Origin: an uncultured Chloroflexia bacterium
Lineage (GTDB): Bacteria > Chloroflexota > Ktedonobacteria > Ktedonobacterales > Ktedonobacteraceae
Length of the DNA: 64,000 nucleotides
Assembly: GCA_963736995.1 (NCBI GenBank)
Contig: CAVTRB010000007.1
Location: 623,884 to 687,883 of the forward strand
Direction: 5' to 3'
The notes under the pieces are model-generated. The model was given only the letters and a program-made list of their open reading frames with translations, searched no databases and had not been told where the DNA came from. Made by a program: the position numbers and the translations under genes. Positions 1-8,786 of the stretch are shown here, piece by piece (within the stretch, counting starts at the first letter, position 1; the number at the start of each line of letters is the position of its first letter).

Positions 1-512
1 TCTACCTGCGCCCGTTGGAGCCAGGGCAGGACAACCATAATTATTCCACGTGGATGAACGACGAGGAGATTCGCCGCTATTTCTCGATCTATCCCACCAG
101 CGACTTTCGTGGCAAGGACCGCATCGAGCAGTTGTATCGCGACGGCAAGCATATTATCTTCGGCGTCGCGCTCAAGAGCGATAACCGGCTGATCGGACTG
201 GTTGGATTGAAGGATATCAATAATGTCAACCAGACAGCCGAGTTCTATGTGATTATCGGCGACCGTCTGGCCTGGGGCAAAGGCTATGGTACCGAGGCTA
301 CAAAACTGATGATTCACTACGGCTTTATGGAACTCAATCTGAATCGCATCCAGACAGAGGATATGGAAGAGAACATTGGCGGCTGGCGGGCGGATGAGAA
401 AGCCGGTTTCAAATACGAGGGCACGCTGCGCGAGGTCATCCTGCGCTTCGGCAAATACCACAATGTGCGCATTTACAGTCTGCTGCGCAGCGAATACCTG
501 GAGAGTTTGTAG
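1..512 (+). CDS. GNAT family N-acetyltransferase (RimJ/RimL-like), 5' end cut by window edge
   Basis: ORF 15..512. The frame stays open to nt 3 (YLRPLE...). GNAT acetyl-CoA motif region LIGLVGL...AWGKGYGTEA. Confidence 0.8.
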   Translation, partial: YLRPLEPGQDNHNYSTWMNDEEIRRYFSIYPTSDFRGKDRIEQLYRDGKHIIFGVALKSDNRLIGLVGLKDINNVNQTAEFYVIIGDRLAWGKGYGTEATKLMIHYGFMELNLNRIQTEDMEENIGGWRADEKAGFKYEGTLREVILRFGKYHNVRIYSLLRSEYLESL

Positions 513-515
513 TAG

Positions 516-1625
516 ATGGCTATCACTGTTTCGGAAATGACCGACCGCGCTCAGTGGGACGACTTCCTGACGAGCCAGCCGCGAGGACACCTGCTGCAAT
601 CCTACGAATGGGGCGAGTTGAATACGTATCTGGGCGGGCGCATCTACCGGCTTGGAGCGCTGGAGGATGGGCGTATGGTCGGGGCCATGCAGCTGTCGGT
701 CGCGCCCGTTCCCATTCCGGTCTCTATCCCCGGCCTGCACCCGACCTGGCTCTACAGTTCGCGGGGCCCGACCGTCGAAGCGCCTGCTTCGCCCGCGCTG
801 CCCGCGCTGGTCGAAAGAGCGCATGCCCTCGCCCGCAAGGAACACGCCGTCGTGCTGCGCCTCGAACCCAATATTGCCGATGACGACCCGAACATGGATC
901 AATGGCTTGCCGCCTATCGCGGCCTGGGCTTCCAGACCAACCCCATCGCCATTCACGGGCGGCGCAGCTGGGTGCTCGATATCCGACCCGACGCCGAACA
1001 ACTGCTCGCCAACTTTAAGATGACGTGGCGGCAGAACGTGCGCGCCTCCGAACGCAAGGGCGTCATCGTGCGCGAGGCGGAGAGCGATGCCGATTTCGAC
1101 GCCTACTACCAGCTTCTGGAAATCACCAGCGAGCGCGACGCCTTCTTCATTCATAGCAAGGACTACCACAAAGAAATCCTGCGCACCTTTGCCGATAAGG
1201 GCGATGCCGTGCTCTACCTCGCCGAGTATGAGGGTGAGCCACTGGCGGCCAAATTGCTGATTCGCTTTGGCGACTGGTGCTGGGACATGTTCGGGGCCTC
1301 GTCCAATAACAGGCGCAACTTGAAGGCCACCTACCTGCTGCAATTCCGCTGCTTCCAGTGGGCGAAGTCAAAGGGGTGTAGCTACTTCGATTTCCGCACC
1401 ATCCCTGAAGTGCTGGAACCGGGCGAAGAGATGTGGGGCGTCTACGAATATAAAAAGGGCTTCGGCGGCTTCTCACGCCTGAACATTCCTACACAGGATT
1501 ACGTCTACCGCCCGCTGATCTACAGCGCCTGGCGTAAATCCGTCGAGCTACGCCGCGCCCACCGCCACGAGGAGCGCAAAAAAGTCGAACTGGAACGTGC
1601 CGCAAGAGGCAACCAGACTACGTAG
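516..1625 (+). CDS. FemAB-family peptidoglycan bridge-forming aminoacyltransferase (FemX-like)
   Basis: 369 aa. Family-typical N-terminus (W..FL......LLQSYEWGEL) and C-terminal WGVYEYKKGFGG. Starts 1 nt after the GNAT stop. Confidence 0.85.
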   Translation: MAITVSEMTDRAQWDDFLTSQPRGHLLQSYEWGELNTYLGGRIYRLGALEDGRMVGAMQLSVAPVPIPVSIPGLHPTWLYSSRGPTVEAPASPALPALVERAHALARKEHAVVLRLEPNIADDDPNMDQWLAAYRGLGFQTNPIAIHGRRSWVLDIRPDAEQLLANFKMTWRQNVRASERKGVIVREAESDADFDAYYQLLEITSERDAFFIHSKDYHKEILRTFADKGDAVLYLAEYEGEPLAAKLLIRFGDWCWDMFGASSNNRRNLKATYLLQFRCFQWAKSKGCSYFDFRTIPEVLEPGEEMWGVYEYKKGFGGFSRLNIPTQDYVYRPLIYSAWRKSVELRRAHRHEERKKVELERAARGNQTT

Positions 1626-1715
1626 GCGCTCGATTTATCGTGCGCACCGCCGATTTATCGGCCCCGGCCATTCCAGTTATTCCAACAAACAAGAAGAATA
1701 TGAGGAACAACATAC

Positions 1716-2759
1716 ATGGAGGCGCGTATCATCACGGACTGCCAGCAATGGAACGATTTTGTGGAGCAGTCGGTGTGTTGCAACATCACACAATCGTATG
1801 AATGGGGCGAACTGGCTCCCCACCTGGGTGCGGAAGCTATGCGCGTGGGCGTCGTTGACGACGAGGGCAGGCTTTGCGCCGCTATGCTCGTCCTCATCTC
1901 GCCCGTTCCCGTGCTGCACCGTCCCTATTTCTACGCGCCGCGCGGCCCCGTCATCGACGACCCCAACTCCCCGGCCATGACTGTCCTGCTCAACTATGTA
2001 CGGGCCTCGGCGCACAAACGCGGCGCGTTCATGCTCAAAGTCGAGCCGAGCGTGCCGGATGGGGATGTACAGTGGCTGGCCGCGCTCAAACGGCGTGGCT
2101 TCCACACCAACCCCTACGCCAGCCATGTGCGCCACGAATGGGTGCTGGATATCCGGCCCGACGAGAAAGAACTGCTGGCAGGTATGAAGGAGAAGTGGCG
2201 CTACAACGTGCGACTGGCTGCCCGCAAAGGCGTGACCATCCGGTGCGCCTCGGGGCAGCAAGAGCAGGCCGATCTGGATACCTTCTATCGCCTCTACGAA
2301 ACGACCAGCGAGCGCGACGAGTTCTTCATCCACAAAAAGTCCCATTACGAGGACGTGATGCGCCTCTACAGTCAGGGTGACCGCGCTGCGCTGCTGCTGG
2401 CGGAACACGAGGGGCAGGCCATCGCAGGCATCATCGTCCTGCGCTTCGGGCGCTGGAGCTGGTACATGTACGGAGCCTCCTCCAACGAGCAGCGCAATCT
2501 CATGCCCAATCACCTCTTGCAGTGGAACGGCATGCAGTGGGCAAAAGCGCGCGGCTGCTGGTACTACAACTTTCGCGGCATTCCCGACATCCTGGAAGAG
2601 GGACAGGAACTCTGGGGCGTCTACGTCTTCAAACGTGGCTTCGGCGGCTATGCCATGCGCTCTCTTGAGACACATGACCTTGTCTACCAGCCCCTCGTCT
2701 ACAATGCCTATCGCCGCCTGCTCGACATCAAACGCTGGCGCGACGAGAAAAGACATTAA
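1716..2759 (+). CDS. FemAB-family aminoacyltransferase, second paralog
   Basis: 347 aa, colinear with the 516..1625 product (QSYEWGEL, TSERDEFFIH, WGVYVFKRGFGG). RBS-like GAGGAA upstream. Confidence 0.85.
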   Translation: MEARIITDCQQWNDFVEQSVCCNITQSYEWGELAPHLGAEAMRVGVVDDEGRLCAAMLVLISPVPVLHRPYFYAPRGPVIDDPNSPAMTVLLNYVRASAHKRGAFMLKVEPSVPDGDVQWLAALKRRGFHTNPYASHVRHEWVLDIRPDEKELLAGMKEKWRYNVRLAARKGVTIRCASGQQEQADLDTFYRLYETTSERDEFFIHKKSHYEDVMRLYSQGDRAALLLAEHEGQAIAGIIVLRFGRWSWYMYGASSNEQRNLMPNHLLQWNGMQWAKARGCWYYNFRGIPDILEEGQELWGVYVFKRGFGGYAMRSLETHDLVYQPLVYNAYRRLLDIKRWRDEKRH

Positions 2760-2854
2760 TATTCCTTAAGAACTTCGAGATTGAGCATTATTATCCCATG
2801 TTTAATCTTGCCTGTTCCGTATAGTCATGCTACACTACTAACAGTGCTGAACCA

Positions 2855-2882
2855 CAAAGCAACGAAGGTTGCTTTGTTTCGT
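2855..2882 (+). terminator. Hairpin (9-bp stem CAAAGCAAC/GTTGCTTTG, GAAG loop) followed by TTTC; terminator or leader structure
   Basis: Read directly. Lies between the femAB paralog and the response regulator. Confidence 0.4.
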
Positions 2883-2984
2883 ATGCTTAAGCAAGGAAGC
2901 AAAGAAGCTTACATCGTAACTTGCGCTGACAGGAGGCTGTACCTCCTTCGCAACTCGAAGATACAATGAGTTTCACATACTGCA

Positions 2985-3410
2985 ATGGCTCGCAGAAGGA
3001 GGCAGGGAGAACGAGTGACAAAACAAATATTAGTCGTTGACGATAAAAGTGAACTGCTGCACCTGATGCGAAGGGTGCTGGAAGATGAACAATATCATGT
3101 CTCTATCCTGCAAGAGGGGAAAGAGGCATTTATGCAAGTAAAAAGTCAATTACCTGATCTGCTCATTCTCGATTTGCGGCTGGGCGATATTTCTGGTCAG
3201 GACATTCTGAAGCAGTTGAAAGATGACCTCGTGACCTGCGATATCCCCGTAATCGTCTATACTGCCGCCGTGCTCGAAGCCGAAGAGGTCACAAGGCTCA
3301 TCACCAGCTACCCCGGACACTATCGAAGTGTGTACGTCGTCCAGAAACCGTTTGAGCTGGATAGCCTGTTGGACCTGGTGCAGCAAGTTCTCAACGAGCC
3401 TGTACGTTAG
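2985..3410 (+). CDS. Single-domain response regulator (CheY-like receiver)
   Basis: ILVVDD...LPDLLILDLRLGD...VIVYTA...KPF receiver signature. The start is uncertain (a GTG about 11 codons downstream is possible). Confidence 0.85.
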   Translation: MARRRRQGERVTKQILVVDDKSELLHLMRRVLEDEQYHVSILQEGKEAFMQVKSQLPDLLILDLRLGDISGQDILKQLKDDLVTCDIPVIVYTAAVLEAEEVTRLITSYPGHYRSVYVVQKPFELDSLLDLVQQVLNEPVR

Positions 3411-3447
3411 CGTACTGTCAAACCTTACAAAAAATCAAACAGAAAGG

Positions 3448-3714
3448 ATGGTGTCAGGAATGAAATTTGTCTTCGGGCTACTCCTGGGCATTGCACTTGG
3501 TGTACTCACCGGTCTGCTGCTCGCGCCACAGTCGGGCGATGCTACCTTAGCTCAACTGAGCGAACAGGGTATTATGCTGCGCAATCGTACCAGTACGCTT
3601 GGCGACGATCTGAAGACACGCGCCACCGAGGCCATGACTCAGGGCCGCGAAATCTACGATCGCACCAAAGTCGAGCTGACCCAGCGTTACAACCAGACGA
3701 AGGGCCAGTTCTAA
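3448..3714 (+). CDS. YtxH-domain small membrane-anchored protein
   Basis: N-terminal TM segment FVFGLLLGIALGVLTGLLLAPQSG (YtxH signature LLAPxSG), then a helical polar tail. ATG at 3448 or 3460, AAAGGA RBS. Confidence 0.75.
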   Translation: MVSGMKFVFGLLLGIALGVLTGLLLAPQSGDATLAQLSEQGIMLRNRTSTLGDDLKTRATEAMTQGREIYDRTKVELTQRYNQTKGQF

Positions 3715-3734
3715 CTCGTATCTATTTCCCACGG

Positions 3735-3780
3735 GCAGGTGCAAGCTGACGATCAGCCTGCACCTGCTCTTGTTTTATTT
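3735..3780. terminator. Intrinsic terminator hairpin between convergent genes
   Basis: GCAGGTGCA...TGCACCTGC stem followed by TCTTGTTTTATTT. Confidence 0.6.
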
Positions 3781-4020
3781 GCTCTCATACTGTTTAATAA
3801 GTCGCTCCACCATATTGCCAATATCATGGAGAAGCTGGTGCTCGTAGTCCAGCAAACGGGCCTGTGTCAGATCAAAGTCGCGATTCCCCGGGTCACGTTT
3901 CGCATTCGCCTCAAACTGCTGCGCGACGAGCCGTTTTTTGTTGCCTTGAGTGTGCAGATCTGCGGCAAATGCATGCAAATCTTGCAGCAAGGCATTGAAT
4001 TTCTCTTCACTACCTGGCAT
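3775..4020 (-). CDS. Hypothetical small helical protein (81 aa)
   Basis: Internal ATG at 4020 with GAAGGGAAAG RBS, 17 nt after the upstream CMD gene ends. The longer ORF 3775..4143 would overlap that gene. Confidence 0.55.
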   Translation of the reverse strand: MPGSEEKFNALLQDLHAFAADLHTQGNKKRLVAQQFEANAKRDPGNRDFDLTQARLLDYEHQLLHDIGNMVERLIKQYESK

Positions 4021-4036
4021 AGAATATCTTTCCCTT

Positions 4037-4600
4037 CTACTCACCATTCGTTTTTTGCTGGCCCGGCGTCTCGCCTGCACCCGCTGGTGGCGGAAGAATT
4101 TGCAGCGCATCGGCGAAACGGTTGAAAAAGTTGAACAGGCCAATGACGGTTGTTAGCTCGACCAACTGGTCATCATCGAAATGCAACTGCAATTCATCCC
4201 ACAGGTTCTCGTCCACATCACCGCCGCTGGTCGTCACAATCTCTGCATAACGCAGCGCGACCAGTTCTCGCGTGCTGAACAGGTGGCCATGCACATCTAT
4301 GTGATAGAGCGCGTCCAGCAGTTCCTCACTCACTCCCATCTGCCTTGCCAGGGCAGTATGTGCTGCCATTCAGTAGAAGCAGTTGTTGACCTGCGAGACT
4401 CGTATAGCCAGCAATTCCTTCAATTGCGGCTCAACCGTTCCCTCACGCATCGTTGCCTGCAACAGCGCGAGGCTGTGCCGGGCCAGTTCCGGGCGATGCT
4501 CCATCACCCGAAACAGCAGCTCCATTGTAGACGCACCCGGTATATCATGAACATCTATCTGCACATGCTCAACAGGTGGAATCCGTGACATACTTGGCAT
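4037..4600 (-). CDS. Carboxymuconolactone decarboxylase/AhpD-like protein interrupted by one in-frame TGA (4370-4372): candidate selenoprotein, or pseudogene
   Basis: ORFs 4370..4600 and 4037..4369 are contiguous in one frame: ...RVSQVNNCFY-TGA-MAAHTALARQMGVSEE... The TGA falls where the CMD family C-x-x-C-x-x-x-H motif has its second Cys. Confidence 0.7.
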
Positions 4601-4819
4601 ACCCTCTTCTCACTCCCATACATACTTGGTTCTTACCCCATTCTAGCGAAGATGGAGAGGATACGCAAGCGAACCGCAACTGGTAATTACGCAGCTGCAA
4701 TCCAGTGATTACCCAGGCCGATGCCTTGCGCTCGGCCTGCTACCTACCTGCGCTTTGTTCGTACACTTCTATAGGAAGGATCAGGATGAGCCAGGCGTGA
4801 CACACTATGGGTCACAATT

Positions 4820-5530
4820 ATGTCTATAAGAAAGTATGAGCACATTATGAGCCAGGAACATACAACAAATCAGTCAGAGCAGGCAATGCCCTCGCATCGC
4901 CGCTTCGCGACATACTACGAGCGCGTGAGCAACAACGAGTCGGAACGGCACTATATGGAGCCTCTGCGCTGGAAGTTGATAGCGCGGGCGCGCGGTCTCG
5001 TGCTCGAAGTGGGCGCCGGCAACGGACTCAACTTCGCCATCTACGACCCGGCGCAGGTTGAGCGCGTCGAGGCCATCGAACCCGACTCCACCATGCTGAG
5101 TTATGCTCGCGAGCGCGTACAGGCGGCTCGCGTCCCCATCACGCTTACACAGGCAACAGCAGAGGCGCTGCCCTTTGCCGACGCCACCTTCGACAGCGTC
5201 GTCGTCACCCTCGTCTTCTGTTCTGTAGGCGACCCGCTCAAGGGCTTGCAGGAGATCAGGCGCGTGCTGAAGCCGGGGGGAAAACTGCTGATGATCGAAC
5301 ACGTGCGCTCCGATAATCGCCTCGTGGCACTCATGCAGAGCGCGCTTATCCCACTCACCACCCGTCTTGCCGGCAACTGCCACTGGAACCGCGATACCCT
5401 GCAAACCGTCCGCGACGCCGGTTTCCAGATCAACGACAAACGCGACTACCGCTTGCCTCTCGGCGGCGCTTTCTTGACGCCATACGTTTCGCTGGAAGCC
5501 AGAAAATCCCCCCTCGACCAGAATGCATAG
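4820..5530 (+). CDS. Class I SAM-dependent methyltransferase (Methyltransf_11-like)
   Basis: Motif I VLEVGAGNGLN, post-I acidic residue, LKPGGKLLMIEH. Confidence 0.85.
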   Translation: MSIRKYEHIMSQEHTTNQSEQAMPSHRRFATYYERVSNNESERHYMEPLRWKLIARARGLVLEVGAGNGLNFAIYDPAQVERVEAIEPDSTMLSYARERVQAARVPITLTQATAEALPFADATFDSVVVTLVFCSVGDPLKGLQEIRRVLKPGGKLLMIEHVRSDNRLVALMQSALIPLTTRLAGNCHWNRDTLQTVRDAGFQINDKRDYRLPLGGAFLTPYVSLEARKSPLDQNA

Positions 5531-5932
5531 TTCTGCTCGTGGAATTCGCTGAAGTTCACCAGTGTCTTTCTTATGCCTTTAGAGCTGCTGTGTGCTGTGC
5601 CGCCTTTCACTCATGATAGTACAAACTCATTGCGTTTAGTGTCAAAATTACTGTAATGACGGAGGTTAAATAATAATATCTCCACCAACTCTCTTAAATC
5701 TTTACTGATCCATAACCAATTTTTAACCGATTTACATCTCTATCCTCTCTAAAATAAGGAACAGTTTCTATAGGATGCTGCCTGTTTTAGTTGGAACGCA
5801 AGGAAGTACATCCACACTATAGCTCACAATACTCCTCCTGGAGGGTGATCAGGTGCAATCAATGGTGGAAGGGCATCATAATGACTGTGTGCTCCTCCAA
5901 ACATCCATCAATTTCGATGAAGGGAGAGCAAG

Positions 5933-6226
5933 ATGGCGAAGCAAACGCGACGTGGCTTTATCAAGCAGACCTCTATGAGCGTGGCTACAGTAGGTGTCCT
6001 GGCTGCTATACCAGGCTTGAATGCCATGCCTGCGCTGGCGACAGCCACGGAATCACTTGCCCCAGATGTTGCCGCAACAGAGATGTCGGCGGCCACAATT
6101 GCCGGTCCTCTAGTTGCCCACATCAGCGATTTTGCCAGTGGCGAAATCTCTCTCCTGGTTGGTACCCAGGAGATCGTGTATCGCGACCCTGACCTTGTTA
6201 TGCGTCTCTTGAATGCTGTAAAGTGA
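5933..6226 (+). CDS. Small protein with twin-arginine (Tat) signal peptide
   Basis: MAKQTRRGFIKQTSMSVATVGVLAA...ALA. GGGAGAG RBS. Confidence 0.65.
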   Translation: MAKQTRRGFIKQTSMSVATVGVLAAIPGLNAMPALATATESLAPDVAATEMSAATIAGPLVAHISDFASGEISLLVGTQEIVYRDPDLVMRLLNAVK

Positions 6227-6276
6227 GCAGCATTCGTTTCAAACAGCTAAAGTAATACGTATTGTGAGGGAAATGA

Positions 6277-7662
6277 ATGTCATCACATCGCGAAGCGCCC
6301 GAAATTTCAAAAGACCCGGTGGCTGATAGTACTGATGTCTACGCCTTCGTCAGCCCGGATCGACCAGACACGGTTACCCTGATCAGCAACTATGTTCCCC
6401 TGGAGGAACCACCTGGCGGACCAAACTTCTTTGAATTTGGCGATGATGTTCTCTATGAGATCAAGCTCGACAATGACGGAGATAAGCTGCCAGAAATCAC
6501 TTACCAATTCCGTTTCCACACGGAAGTACGCAATCCCGACACTTTTCTGTACAACACCGGTACGATTACTTCACTCAATAGCGCGAACTGGAACCGGCGG
6601 CAGTTCTATTCAGTCACTGTGCTTGATAAAAAGGGCAACGCCACTGTCCTGGGAGAGAATTTAGCCTGTCCGCCCTGCAACGTCGGCCCGCGCTCGACTC
6701 CCAACTATGAGGACCTCGCCGAGTCGGCTATTCACAGTCTTCCTGGCGGCATAAAGGTATTTGCCGGGCAGCGCGCCGAAGGATTCTATGTCGACCTGGG
6801 CTCGATCTTTGATCTGGGCGCACTCCGCCCGTTCCAGAACTTGCATCTGATCCCCTTGCCTGCAATGCAGGGCGTGAATGGCACTCAGGGACTCAATGTG
6901 CATTCCATCGCGATACAGGTACCGAAGACACTCCTGAGCCACGATGGCTCTAATCCCACCAATCCTATGGATTCCAGGGCGGTTATTGCTGTCTGGGCAA
7001 CTGCCAGTCGGCGCAAGTCCATCCTCTTTACTGGCGGAGGCCAGATTCAGGAAACCGGGCCATGGATGCAGGTTTCGCGACTCGCTAATCCTCTGATTAA
7101 TGAAGTTATTATCCCGATGGGGAAAAAGGACTACTGGAACTCACAACAGCCCAGCAATGATTCCCAGTTTGCGCAGTACTATGCACATCCTGAACTGGCA
7201 GGCTTGCTCCCTGCGCTCTATCCTGGAGTGTTTCCTAACCTGGCTGCTTACAGCAAAGCACGCGCAGATCTGGAAGCTATCTTGCTCACAGGCCTCCCTG
7301 CCGGCATTGTTTCTGGTTTCCAGAACTATACCGGTGTGACACAGGCGGATCTGCTGCGTCTGAACATGGCTATTCCTCCCACGAAGAAGCCAAATATCCT
7401 CGGCATCATCGGGGGCGATCTGGCAGGATTTCCAAATGGCCGCCGGGTCTTCGATGACACCGTCACCATTGAGATTCGCGCTATCGCTGGTGTCACTATT
7501 CCGCTGGTCGACCCAACCTTCACACCCGATGCAGCCGCATCAGAGGTCAGCGATTTCAATCCCCCGCAGGTTCCAAAGGGTGTGCGGTACCAGGACGAAT
7601 TCCCATACCTGGGCGTTCCCTTTGGCGGATTTCAAAGCCAACCGCATCCTGTGAATTCCTAA
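6277..7662 (+). CDS. DUF4331 domain protein
   Basis: Family-typical extreme N-terminus MSSHREAPEISKDPVADSTDVYAFVSPD. 461 aa. Confidence 0.8.
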   Translation: MSSHREAPEISKDPVADSTDVYAFVSPDRPDTVTLISNYVPLEEPPGGPNFFEFGDDVLYEIKLDNDGDKLPEITYQFRFHTEVRNPDTFLYNTGTITSLNSANWNRRQFYSVTVLDKKGNATVLGENLACPPCNVGPRSTPNYEDLAESAIHSLPGGIKVFAGQRAEGFYVDLGSIFDLGALRPFQNLHLIPLPAMQGVNGTQGLNVHSIAIQVPKTLLSHDGSNPTNPMDSRAVIAVWATASRRKSILFTGGGQIQETGPWMQVSRLANPLINEVIIPMGKKDYWNSQQPSNDSQFAQYYAHPELAGLLPALYPGVFPNLAAYSKARADLEAILLTGLPAGIVSGFQNYTGVTQADLLRLNMAIPPTKKPNILGIIGGDLAGFPNGRRVFDDTVTIEIRAIAGVTIPLVDPTFTPDAAASEVSDFNPPQVPKGVRYQDEFPYLGVPFGGFQSQPHPVNS

Positions 7663-7772
7663 AAGGAAGCCTCACTCTTTCTAAAAGATTGCTCAGAGGA
7701 GTTCGGTAGTTACAACTACCGAACTCCTTGTATGATTGTCTTTATTTGCTTTTGACAGGAGAAGGATAGCCG

Positions 7773-8657
7773 ATGGTGGAAGTCTACGCTGAACGCATTC
7801 ACACCGAACACGCGGTACTGGATATCGGAGAGGATATCGGCGCGCTGGTCATCTATACCACACAGGCATTGCTGGGCAAGGAAATCCAGGTGAGCCAGAA
7901 AGGGATCGAGGCAGCCCGGATGATTCATACCGCTGTCTGGGAGCGCCGCTTCAATGGACAGGTCATGTACGCCGGCATCTATCCCTCACTGCCAGAAGGA
8001 AACTACATCATCTGGGTTCATCCAAGCCGCGAAGTGACCATCACCGGTGGAAACGTCGCCGAGATAGATATAAGTACCAGTAGCGCTGTCTACATCCCTC
8101 CTGCTATCAATCACGCTCATTTCTTCGATCAAAATAGTGCAACAGCGCCTCAGGAGGCTCTACGCGACCTGCTGCCACCACGGTATCGCGAGGGAAAGGT
8201 CAATCCCGCTCCTATGGGGTCAGCTCCAATGCAATACACCGAAGACGGGCAGGTAGCCTGGGATCAAATGTGGAGCAATTTCTGCGATCTGGCACTGGCA
8301 GGAGGTCCTCCGCATCGAGACACTCTACTGGAGCCAGTTTCCCCACACGAAATAAACGCCAACCAGGACTCCTACCAGCAAGTCGTGACGGAGATCGAGC
8401 GAGGACTGGTTCTGGTCACAGGACTACCCAGCATACAGAGCAAAAGTCCAGGATGGGTGGGCTTGCAGTGTGAAGATGAGGAGATGGCGCGCTGGTTGCT
8501 TCGTGCCATCGTTGTAGAAAATGTGTGTGTGCGACGCGAGGGAACTCAACTCTTCTTTCCCGCCGGTCCAGCCTTTCGCATGGAGCGTGAGATCAAAAAC
8601 ATTGTTACGGTCGTCGCCAAGACGCATCACTACTGGAAAGAACACCAGTATGGATGA
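7773..8657 (+). CDS. Hypothetical protein (294 aa) downstream of DUF4331
   Basis: Clean ORF with AGGAGAAGG RBS. No motif I can name with confidence. Confidence 0.6.
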   Translation: MVEVYAERIHTEHAVLDIGEDIGALVIYTTQALLGKEIQVSQKGIEAARMIHTAVWERRFNGQVMYAGIYPSLPEGNYIIWVHPSREVTITGGNVAEIDISTSSAVYIPPAINHAHFFDQNSATAPQEALRDLLPPRYREGKVNPAPMGSAPMQYTEDGQVAWDQMWSNFCDLALAGGPPHRDTLLEPVSPHEINANQDSYQQVVTEIERGLVLVTGLPSIQSKSPGWVGLQCEDEEMARWLLRAIVVENVCVRREGTQLFFPAGPAFRMEREIKNIVTVVAKTHHYWKEHQYG

Positions 8658-8682
8658 GCGGAGTGTGGTCGAGGGCTAAATA

Positions 8683-8711
8683 TTGAATGCGAGGCATAAC
8701 TCTGATATAAT
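8683..8711 (+). promoter_or_regulatory. Sigma-70-like promoter upstream of ruvB
   Basis: TTGAAT (8683-8688), 17-nt spacer, TATAAT (8706-8711). Confidence 0.45.
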
Positions 8712-8786
8712 GTGGTAAGACAACAGTAGAACATTGGTTTCATATTCTGTTTCTATGCGTTTGAGAGATACACATGGGAGAGGAAC

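Noticed and set aside
1677-2756. 359-aa ORF antisense to the second femAB paralog. Similar long antisense ORFs occur at 8865..9923 (ruvB), 11490..12554 (kinase), 19016..19912, 28685..29626 (arginase), 34321..35487 (rpsI/rplM), 52617..53576 (rplD) and 60484..62607 (rpoC).
   Set aside because: Each lies opposite a gene with unmistakable family motifs. Their products are Arg/Ala/Gly/His-rich with no motifs, which is typical of shadow ORFs in GC-rich DNA.
3739-4125. 128-aa plus-strand ORF overlapping the small minus-strand gene and the CMD gene end.
   Set aside because: The minus-strand reading gives a coherent helical protein with a good RBS directly after the CMD gene. The plus-strand product has no RBS and an odd composition.
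4370-4372. Treating the CMD gene simply as two independent small genes (76 aa + 110 aa).
   Set aside because: The break is a single TGA inside the family's catalytic CxxCxxxH motif, with the ATG of the second ORF as the very next codon. Neither half would be a functional CMD domain alone.
5791-6192. 133-aa ORF overlapping the Tat-signal mini-protein in another frame.
   Set aside because: It is Cys/Arg/Trp-rich with no RBS. The alternative frame has an RBS and a canonical twin-arginine signal.
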